Position numbers and translations under genes: made by a program. This document shows positions 16,030 to 23,405 of a DNA stretch of 64,000 nt, piece by piece. The notes beneath the pieces were generated by a model. It was given only the letters and a program-made list of their open reading frames with translations, ran no database searches and had not been told where the DNA came from. Within the stretch, counting starts at the first letter, position 1, and each line of letters starts with the position of its first letter. The stretch is from Parcubacteria group bacterium (GTDB taxonomy: Bacteria; Patescibacteriota; Minisyncoccia; Moranbacterales; UBA11712): the NCBI GenBank assembly GCA_041659685.1, contig JBAZXV010000008.1, forward strand, positions 3,332 to 67,331, read 5' to 3'.

Positions 16030-16995
16030 CTACTTAGAAGCTCCGCTTCTAAGTGAAATTTTGTAGCGCCTCAAAAACCACCACCAGATTCCGGCAAGTG
16101 CCAGGACTGCGAGAAGCTCTTTCCACGGAACCAAAAAAATGAATTTTTGAAATTTCATATTTCGTCCCTCCCCGTCCTTGATGTTTCCAGATATTTTATA
16201 GAGCCCGAGAAAGTCCTTCCTCTGAATATCCTCTGAAAAAACACGACTGGTTGTCGGAAGAATTGTCCGGTCTTTTATTTCCAGTCTGCCAATTTCCCGC
16301 CCAAAAATGTTTTTCACTGACACTTCCCCCTCCGGCTTAAAATGAGAATTTCCTTCGTTTGCAATTTCAATTTCCAAATTTGATTTATCGGTAAAAGAAA
16401 TTCTGGGCAATTCTACTTTTTTCAGAATGCCTTTTTTCACCGCGTTTCCGCCGGCTTGCACCAGAAACAGCACTCCCGCCCGGCCAGACACGCAAACACT
16501 TGATTTATCCGTCCAAACTACATTTTTATCTTCTTCAATATTGCATCGGGTCCGAAAGAAAATTACCCCGTAATGTCCGCCGAGATTAGCATCCTCTGGC
16601 GCCCTGATCTTATAATCAACAACCTTATTTTTTCCCTTTTCTAAGCTAAAATTATCCTCGTCAACCGAAAGCCATTTGCTCATGAGATAAGGCCTTAATT
16701 CATCGTTCGCAATGTCCCTGCCGCCGGTAAAAATATATTTTCCGGCATCGTCCATAAAAAAATCGGAAAACTCGACCGCAATATCAAGATTTTGATCAGA
16801 ATTGTTTCCGACATAAATTTTTCCTGTTTTTTCTTCCCCTGGATTGATTTCGAGATCAAAATAGAGCGGCGACACCGTGAGTGAAACCGGCCCTTCGGCA
16901 TGAGAAAAAGAAACTGGAAAAAAGAGACTGACCAAAACAATCAGCCCCAACGCCGCTATTCTTCCTGCCTGCCATATTTTTCTCATCCGCCTCAT
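16030..16995 (-). CDS. secreted protein with C-terminal TM anchor plus basic tail; DUF916/DUF3324-like (CscA-like) architecture
   Basis: 321 aa. Signal peptide (IAALGLIVLVSLFFPVSFSHA), GGHYGVIFF motif and a C-terminal LAVLALAGIWWWFLRRYK segment. Paralog of the 17000-17995 gene. Confidence 0.5.
   Translation of the reverse strand: MRRMRKIWQAGRIAALGLIVLVSLFFPVSFSHAEGPVSLTVSPLYFDLEINPGEEKTGKIYVGNNSDQNLDIAVEFSDFFMDDAGKYIFTGGRDIANDELRPYLMSKWLSVDEDNFSLEKGKNKVVDYKIRAPEDANLGGHYGVIFFRTRCNIEEDKNVVWTDKSSVCVSGRAGVLFLVQAGGNAVKKGILKKVELPRISFTDKSNLEIEIANEGNSHFKPEGEVSVKNIFGREIGRLEIKDRTILPTTSRVFSEDIQRKDFLGLYKISGNIKDGEGRNMKFQKFIFLVPWKELLAVLALAGIWWWFLRRYKISLRSGASK
16031..16056. repeat. REP-like palindrome type 2 (tACTTAGAAGCtccgCTTCTAAGTg); supplies the last codons and stop of the DUF916-like gene
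   Basis: The minus strand reads ...SLRSGASK* from this palindrome. Its inverted copy is at 58065-58089. Confidence 0.65.
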
Positions 16996-16999
16996 TATA

Positions 17000-17995
17000 C
17001 TATTCTTTTTTCTTTATCTCAAACTTCGAGAAGAAATATTTAAACAAGTAGTATATGATAATAAATATCAGGATAACCAGGATTGCAACGTGCCACGGAA
17101 AAGCATAAAAAACCAGACTCTCCTGGTCCTTAAGGTTTCCGCCAAAGCCATAAAAAACGGTGAGGTCGGCTGTATAGCGCCCGACCAGCCACTTTTTCGC
17201 CCATTCAGTCTCCTGTCTGCGGGATGAATCCGAAAGCACCACCCACTCCTTTATTGGCAAATGTGCTACTTCCGCCCCAAAGATATTTTTTATAGCCACT
17301 TCTCCTTTTACTCTCTGATAAACATTTCCGGTATTTCTGAAAACCGTGCTGAAATCCACCGGACCGTTGCGATAGAAAATTTTACCGGCTTTGAATTCCG
17401 TGATCTCCCCAGACTCAACATTGTTTCCGGCCACATTGATGAGAACCAAAAGCCCCACGCGGCTCACAAGCCTCACCTTATCTTTTCCGCCCGAAGAATT
17501 ATCGCTTGAAACAGAGACAAATATAGCGGCATAGTGACTCCCCGTCCTTGCCCCCTCGGGAACTTTGACTTCAAAAGGCAGAGACAAGCGGTCTCCGTGA
17601 TTAAGATTCACCTCGTTGATTTCCGGAGTTATCCAGTCTCTTGCCGAAGTGGCAGCCGCATAATCTCCTCCTAAAAAAACGGTTGCCTTTTCCGGGTCTT
17701 GCGAACCCACAAAGTCTTCTTTATCGATTTTAAAATCGGCTGTCCTTCCAAGGCGATTTACCACCACCATTCGCTGGCTGGACGATTCTCCCGGCGCAAG
17801 CGTGAGCTCAAGATTAACAGGAGAAATAACAAACCGGTCTTCAACATTTTCCTGATAATTTTCAATAGTATAGGCTTTTGCTGATCCGGCAATTCCAAAC
17901 ATCAAAAAAAAGCCACAAAATAAGAGTAGCCATGAAAATATCGTCTTTCCCGTGAAACAACCTTTAATAATTGGTTTAATAATTCCGGAGATCAT
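17000..17995 (-). CDS. secreted protein with C-terminal TM anchor; DUF916/DUF3324-like paralog
   Basis: 331 aa. Signal/TM segment, TGSHYAAIFV motif (compare GGHYGVIFF in the paralog) and a C-terminal HVAILVILIFIIIYYLFKYFFSKFEIKKKE. Confidence 0.5.
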   Translation of the reverse strand: MISGIIKPIIKGCFTGKTIFSWLLLFCGFFLMFGIAGSAKAYTIENYQENVEDRFVISPVNLELTLAPGESSSQRMVVVNRLGRTADFKIDKEDFVGSQDPEKATVFLGGDYAAATSARDWITPEINEVNLNHGDRLSLPFEVKVPEGARTGSHYAAIFVSVSSDNSSGGKDKVRLVSRVGLLVLINVAGNNVESGEITEFKAGKIFYRNGPVDFSTVFRNTGNVYQRVKGEVAIKNIFGAEVAHLPIKEWVVLSDSSRRQETEWAKKWLVGRYTADLTVFYGFGGNLKDQESLVFYAFPWHVAILVILIFIIIYYLFKYFFSKFEIKKKE

Positions 17996-18066
17996 TAATT
18001 TTCAAGTATCAATTTCCCGATAAATTTTCAACGCAATAATTTTCAAAATTTAAAAAATTGAAAATC

Positions 18067-18690
18067 CTATAATGTTGTTGCCGTCGCTGTGACAGTTGAT
18101 GCGTAAGCGCCGGTCGGCTGGAGCTTTGAAGATCCGACCTCAGCCTTGAAAGTTACCGTCGTGCTGTCACCGGCGGTTTCGGCGGAATTGTGAGACACCT
18201 GCTCTTTTGTTGTGCTGTTAAAACCCATATATTTATCCACTCCAAATTTCGTTTCGACATAGCTTCCGGTCGCGCCAAAGCCGAATTCCGCGGCGCTGGG
18301 CGCGACTAGCCAGGCTTCCGGAGTGCCATCCGCCGTTTCGCTGTAATCGGCAAAAACATCGCTTCCGCTATGCATTGTACTGGCCTGGTCCGTGTTCACC
18401 TCTAATTTCCACCCGGCAGAGTTGTTTGTTGTCACCGTCCAGGTGGTTGAACCCGTCGAAGAGCCCGTGCCGGTAATATCCGGCGCCATTGTCACATCAG
18501 ACGGCGTGTTGAGACTAATGGTAGCCAGGACATTCAAGTTAACAACAACGCTATCCGTAGTTTGAGCGGCATCCGATACCGCAGGCTCAAGAGCTGAAAA
18601 TCCCATTATCAGCACAAAAAGACCGGCCAGCGAAAAAGCTGCCGCCCTTAAAAAGTTTTTTCCAAATTTATTTTTATTTTCCTCTGTCAC
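18067..18690 (-). CDS. small secreted beta-rich surface protein, WxL-domain-like
   Basis: 207 aa. N-terminal hydrophobic segment. ITGTGSSTGSTTWTVTTNNSAGWKLEV resembles the D.RGTG.GW.V motif of WxL domains. C-terminus is TGAYASTVTATATTL. Confidence 0.45.
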   Translation of the reverse strand: MTEENKNKFGKNFLRAAAFSLAGLFVLIMGFSALEPAVSDAAQTTDSVVVNLNVLATISLNTPSDVTMAPDITGTGSSTGSTTWTVTTNNSAGWKLEVNTDQASTMHSGSDVFADYSETADGTPEAWLVAPSAAEFGFGATGSYVETKFGVDKYMGFNSTTKEQVSHNSAETAGDSTTVTFKAEVGSSKLQPTGAYASTVTATATTL

Positions 18691-18732
18691 TAAAATTATT
18701 TTACTTGGTGCAATTATTATATATCAAACGTT

Positions 18733-18832
18733 TTTTCCTGCAAAGGAAAAGTTATCCACAGAATTGAATAAATTTATTATATAATAAATATTTTTTTCCT
18801 GCAAAGGAAGAATTATCCACAATTCCTTTTAG
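18733..18832. repeat. about 38-bp direct repeat x2 (ttttttcctgcaaaggaa.a.TTATCCACA.aatt), each containing a perfect DnaA-box 9-mer; lies upstream of the 18067-18690 gene
   Basis: Copies are at about 18733-18770 and 18794-18832. A third TTATCCACA is at 15339-15347. Confidence 0.4.
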
Positions 18833-18842
18833 CTAAGCCGCC

Positions 18843-19550
18843 TTAAAGATTCGTGGCCGTTGCCGTGATTGTCGCCGTGTACGTGCCCAACGGCTGACTG
18901 TGGCCGGATCCGGATTCGGCCTTAAAATTTATCGTCGTGTCGTCTCCGGTACCCTCGCTGGGGGCATTCCGGTGCGCCGCTTGAATCCGATTCGCTCCGT
19001 TAAATCCCAGATATTTATCACCCGAAAAACCGGCTTCGGCATATGTCCCGGAAGAATTGAAACCAAATTCACTGTCAGCCGCCGCCACAGACCACTCTTC
19101 AGGCGTTCCGGACACCGCTTCATCGTAGTCCGCAAATGAATTTCCTCCGCTTGTCAGCGCCGGCGAGGCACTCGCATTCACTTCAAGTTTCCATCCGTCC
19201 GGGTCATTCGTTTCCACGTTCCAGGTAACGCTTCCGGAAGTCGATCCCGCTTCCTCGATTTCCGGAGATAGGGAGACATCGGCGGGCGAATTGAGACTCA
19301 CTGCCGAAACAACCGTAACGCTGACGGTCACCGAGTCCGATGAGTCTCCCGCCACGAGACCATCGATGCTTTCAAGATAGCTAAAAAATAAAATCGAAGA
19401 AAGCGCCAAGAGAACAATTCCGAGCATCGAAAAAAACTCTATTTCAAAAAGAAAAATCCGCCGTTTATTTTTCGGCAAATGGCTGTAGTATAAACCGAAT
19501 TTCTCAATCAGACTTTTGGGTCTTCTTTTTTTTGTTTTTCTTTTCATCAA
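18843..19550 (-). CDS. small secreted beta-rich surface protein, WxL-domain-like paralog
   Basis: 235 aa. VTWNVETNDPDGWKLEVN motif and C-terminal GTYTATITATATNL. The real start is probably internal, near MLGIVLLALSS. Confidence 0.45.
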   Translation of the reverse strand: MMKRKTKKRRPKSLIEKFGLYYSHLPKNKRRIFLFEIEFFSMLGIVLLALSSILFFSYLESIDGLVAGDSSDSVTVSVTVVSAVSLNSPADVSLSPEIEEAGSTSGSVTWNVETNDPDGWKLEVNASASPALTSGGNSFADYDEAVSGTPEEWSVAAADSEFGFNSSGTYAEAGFSGDKYLGFNGANRIQAAHRNAPSEGTGDDTTINFKAESGSGHSQPLGTYTATITATATNL

Positions 19551-19594
19551 ATCATGTTATTCCTATTGCCTTAGCGGCTTTATTTTGCTCCGCG

Positions 19595-20299
19595 TCAGAT
19601 CGTTCCCACCGCAGTATATGTAATCGTGCAGGAATAAGCGCCTGATTTCTGATCCGAAGGAACATCCGCCTTATATCCGATCACCGTTTCGTCAGCTTCG
19701 CTCTTGTAACCTCTCTTTGCATGTGCAGTCTCGGCCACATCCGGAAAAGCGGCGTATTTATAGTTCGGATTTTCTCCCCATTTCGCGTCCACGCCGGTTC
19801 CGGAAATAACGGTGAAGCCGAAACCCAGATTGTTCGGCGCTGACCAAAGGAGCGGCGTCGCGATTGTTCCACTATGGTCGTCAATAGTCGTCACCCCGTC
19901 CGTGTGGCGCATTTTGTGATCCTTGGAAACATTGAGCGAATAGCCGTCCCATGAGTCGGTTGTCACGGTAACCGTACTTTGCCCCGTCACCGGACTTCCC
20001 GCGAGCAGAGACCCTAAATCTTTAGTGTGGCTGTCAACCGTTAAAGTGAGATAGGTGTTTACCATATACCAAAATCCGGCATTCATCTTGTATGTTCCGC
20101 TCGCGCTTTCTCCGGTCGCAATTTCGCCCAAGGTATCATTCAGTTTATATGTTTCGGAACTGCTTGCCGCTCCCCCGAAGTTAATCGAATCAGCATTGAT
20201 CTTATAGCTTCCGCTTGACATTTGGGAGAGACAACCGCCGGCTGACAAAAAGAAAAATACGGCTAGGGAAAATATTTTAAAGACAACAAGTTTACTCAT
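19595..20299 (-). CDS. small secreted, possibly lipid-anchored, beta-rich surface protein; third paralog
   Basis: 234 aa. Signal segment with a lipobox-like LSAGGC. C-terminus GAYSCTITYTAVGTI parallels the other two paralogs. Confidence 0.45.
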   Translation of the reverse strand: MSKLVVFKIFSLAVFFFLSAGGCLSQMSSGSYKINADSINFGGAASSSETYKLNDTLGEIATGESASGTYKMNAGFWYMVNTYLTLTVDSHTKDLGSLLAGSPVTGQSTVTVTTDSWDGYSLNVSKDHKMRHTDGVTTIDDHSGTIATPLLWSAPNNLGFGFTVISGTGVDAKWGENPNYKYAAFPDVAETAHAKRGYKSEADETVIGYKADVPSDQKSGAYSCTITYTAVGTI

Positions 20300-20387
20300 T
20301 CCCTTGAGATGTTTTCAAAATTATTTATAATTTCTTTTATATTATAACCAACCCGCGCAGAATCGCCAAATTTAAATTATACAAAGC

Positions 20388-21215
20388 TTATCCGCGAGCG
20401 AAATATACAGCTAAAATTACCGCCGCCAGCGCCAGCCGGTACCAGAAAAAAATAGCGTAACTTGTTTTTTCCACGAATTTCAAAAGATATTTTATAGCGG
20501 CATATCCGCTTACCGCCGCCGCCAGCATTCCGACGAGCAGATAAATGTCAAATCCGGATTTCAAAAAATGCGGAAGTTTGAAAACGGCGGCGCCGAAGAT
20601 TATCGGCGTCGAAAGAAGGAAAGAAAATCGGGCCGCCGACTCGCGGCTTAGTCCCATCGCAAGCCCGGCCGTAATCGTTGCACCCGAACGTGAAACTCCC
20701 GGAACGATGGCAATCGCCTGCGACAAACCGACCGCCAAGCTGTCCAGCCAGGACATCTGGCTTATTTTTTTCCTGTGCTGATGATATTTGTCGACCAGAT
20801 ACAAAATCAATCCGACAGCGCTCAGAGTGAACGCGATCAGAATCGGCGAACGGAAAGTCGATTCGGCATAGCTTTCCAGGAAATATCCCGCCAAAACTCC
20901 AGGAATCGTGGCGAGGATAAGAAAATAAAGGATATTTTTTGAATAGCTGTTCTTTTTATCATTATTGGAAATTGATTTGTCAGATATTGATTGAAAATTT
21001 GAAAGCGCTAGCTTGATTATCTCCACCCAGTCCCGGAAAAAATATAAAATTACCGCAAGAAGCGTTCCGAAATGAAGCGCTACATCAAAAGAAAGGCCCG
21101 GATCGGAAAAACTAAAAAGCCACGGCGCCAAAACAAGATGAGCCGAACTGGAAATCGGCAGAAATTCTCCGGCGCCTTGAATGATTCCAAGAAAAATTGA
21201 TTGAAAAATAGTCAT
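20388..21215 (-). CDS. uppP: undecaprenyl-diphosphatase
   Basis: The GIIQGAGEFLPISSSAHL signature and multi-TM character. Confidence 0.9.
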   Translation of the reverse strand: MTIFQSIFLGIIQGAGEFLPISSSAHLVLAPWLFSFSDPGLSFDVALHFGTLLAVILYFFRDWVEIIKLALSNFQSISDKSISNNDKKNSYSKNILYFLILATIPGVLAGYFLESYAESTFRSPILIAFTLSAVGLILYLVDKYHQHRKKISQMSWLDSLAVGLSQAIAIVPGVSRSGATITAGLAMGLSRESAARFSFLLSTPIIFGAAVFKLPHFLKSGFDIYLLVGMLAAAVSGYAAIKYLLKFVEKTSYAIFFWYRLALAAVILAVYFARG

Positions 21216-21233
21216 TGTTTGAAAGAGTTAAAA

Positions 21234-22710
21234 TTATCGGCTAAAGAGCAAAAATAAAGAAACAATAATCGCAAACGCCATAAATCCCACTGCCAGCCAT
21301 CCGAAAAATTTTACCCAAAAAGGATGCGTTTCCTTCCCCATCACGCGCTTGTCATTTCCAATTATCATTATGACAGCAAGAAGCGGCAAGGCAATAATTC
21401 CGTTTAAATAAGCTGAATAGTAGAGAGCTTTAATGGGATTAATATGGAGGAAATTGAGTCCCAACCCCACCAAAATCGAAAGAGCGATAACCATATAAAA
21501 ATCCTTTTGCCCGGGAAAACTTAAGTTCAAGCCCTTCGTGCCATTTCATCACTTCGGAAAGCGCATAAGCGCCGGATCCGGCAAGAATGGGAATAGCCAG
21601 AAGGCCGGTCCCGATGATGCCGATAGCGAAAAGAAGGTAGGAGGCTTCGCCCGCAAGAGGCCGGAGAGCCAGGGCCGCCTGATCGGCTGAATCAATGGTT
21701 GTTATTCCGTTCTTGAAAAGTACCTGGGCGGTAGTAAGGACGATAAAAAAGAAAACCACATTGGCAAGAATCATTCCCGTTCCCACATCGGTCCGCATAT
21801 GCGAAATCCGGCAGTGCATGGAGGATCTTCTTTCCTGTTCGCTCAAAAGCTTATTTTCTTCCACTTCTTCCGACGTCTGCCAGAAAAAAAGATAGGGCGT
21901 GACAGTCGTTCCGAAAACGGCAATCATGGCAAAAATATAATTTTCGCTGAATCTGATATTTGGAATGAAAGCGTTCTCAAAAACTTCCCGCCAGTCAGGA
22001 TGAATCAAAAATCCGGTGACAATATAGGCGAAAACGGCAATCGTAAGCCACTTCAGAAATTTGACATAGGTCCGATAGCGAAAGAATATTTCAAGAAAAA
22101 CGATAAGAAGAGCGAAAAAAAGAGATGCCGCGCTGATATTGGCGCCCGTCACCAAATTCAGCGACGCCGCCATCGCCCCGAGGTCCGCCCCGATATTCAC
22201 GACATTGGCAACAATGAGAAGAAGCACGATAGCCCCCATGGTTTTCTTGTTGAATCTTCCGCCCAGAACCTTGGTCAAACCTTTATTTGTCACAATTCCT
22301 ATCCGGGCGCAAACTTCCTGAACCGCAAGCATGACCGGAAGAAGCCAAACCGCCATCCAAAGAATCGAAAAACCGAACATGGCGCCGACCGCCGAATAAG
22401 TTCCGATGCCGGAGGGGTCATCATCGGAAGCTCCCGTAATGAGCCCGGGGCCCAGAGCTTTTACATACAACGCAAATTTTTTTCTGGGGTTTCGGACCAG
22501 ATTCTTTACTTTAACAACGTCCGCCTCGGTTATTCGCAATGTCCCGTCGACCAGTTTTACCGCCTCTACCTCGCCCCACACAATCATTTTTTTTGCAATC
22601 ACAAGAGGAATTCCGGCTTCGCGGCGAAATTCGGAAACTGTATGCAGCTTGCCTTTCTTGACCCTAGAGTTCGACTCTAGGGTTGCGTTATTCGAGTAAA
22701 TATTTTTCAT
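21234..22710 (-). pseudogene. mntH: Nramp-family divalent metal transporter (MntH) with an apparent +1 frameshift near 21440-21530; N-terminal HTH-like extension
   Basis: ORF 21439-22710 carries GASDDDPSGIGTYSAVGAMFGFSILW and ends ...VMKWHEGLELKFSRAKGF. ORF 21234-21530 in the +1 frame continues with the Nramp C-terminal TMs (FYMVIALSILVGLGL...FGWLAVGFMAFAIIV). The 92-nt overlap contains runs tttt/ccc/ggg/aaaa/ttttt. Confidence 0.6.
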
Positions 22711-23405
22711 CCTCTTTTTTATTTTTCATGTAAACAGCGTTTTCAAAAATAAATTTTTTAAAATCAGTATAATCTTTGAACTGATTCATTATGACTTTCT
22801 TGTTGCAAAGCCCCTTTTTTCTTTTTCCAAGATAATCCGGAAAACTTGAGTACTTCCATTCTTTCTCTTTATATCCATGAATATAATGATTCAAATTCAC
22901 GTAAGCCGCAAGATAAAGCAATTTAGAATTTGATTTTATATGAACTCTCTTAAATTTCCCCTGAAACAGAGCGCCCGACCTGCTATTTCTTGTATTAAAA
23001 TAATTAGTATGACTCGTTCCGATTTTGTGCATTAATTTTTCTATTCCATTATTGACTAATTGCTTTACGATCAAATGATAATGATTTGGATTTAGACAAT
23101 AACATATAAACTCGACTAGTTTTTTTCGTTTTTTTTTCAATAATGGAAAATCAGAAAGCTCAGCCTCAGGATTGTTGTCTTTATAATCCCTCCAGGCGAT
23201 CATGAGTCCGTCATCTTGATTATTCAGCAGGTTCATCGACAGCTTAAACCTTTCAAAATCCCGCTTGTCCTGAAAAATTTTTCTCTTGTCCACTCCTCTG
23301 TTATACAGGTGGTAATATTCACCGTTTGTAAATTCAATTTTTCTCATTTTATTTTACCCTAGTACCCTAGAGTCTAGAGTCGAACTCTAGGGTTGCGTTA
23401 TTCGA
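22662..23405 (-). mobile_element. IS200-like (TnpA-only) element: Y1 transposase gene bracketed by a direct repeat TCGAATAACGCAACCCTAGAG-loop-CTCTAG(GG) containing hairpins
   Basis: Left copy is at 22662-22695 (ccctagagTTCGActctaggg + ttgcgttattcga). Right copy is at 23365-23405 (ctagagTCGAActctaggg + ttgcgttattcga). The repeat supplies TCGAATAA stop codons for both glmS (VTVE*) and the transposase (YLLE*). Confidence 0.6.
22688..23347 (-). CDS. HUH (Y1) tyrosine transposase, IS200/RAYT-like paralog
   Basis: 219 aa. GEYYHLYNRG, NPNHYHLIV and HTNYFNTRN motifs. Its last 7 codons overlap the first 7 codons of the mntH ORF as called. Confidence 0.7.
   Translation of the reverse strand: MRKIEFTNGEYYHLYNRGVDKRKIFQDKRDFERFKLSMNLLNNQDDGLMIAWRDYKDNNPEAELSDFPLLKKKRKKLVEFICYCLNPNHYHLIVKQLVNNGIEKLMHKIGTSHTNYFNTRNSRSGALFQGKFKRVHIKSNSKLLYLAAYVNLNHYIHGYKEKEWKYSSFPDYLGKRKKGLCNKKVIMNQFKDYTDFKKFIFENAVYMKNKKEDEKYLLE

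Larger units (their letters stand above)
15349..16056 (-). mobile_element. REPtron-like unit: RAYT gene bracketed by REP-like hairpins
   Basis: REP copies at 15349, 15817 and 16031 share CTTAGA...TCTAAG stems around a Y1 transposase gene. Confidence 0.55.

Noticed and set aside
18691-18842. Possible replication-origin (oriC) call from the DnaA boxes.
   Set aside because: Only two or three boxes are present with no dnaA/dnaN context, and the region lies between surface-protein genes. It is more likely regulatory or coincidental. Kept as a low-interest finding instead.
21695-22699. Plus-strand ORFs 21695-21895, 21799-22680, 22139-22321 and 22406-22699.
   Set aside because: They are antisense to the Nramp gene and lack protein-like composition. 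Shadow ORFs.
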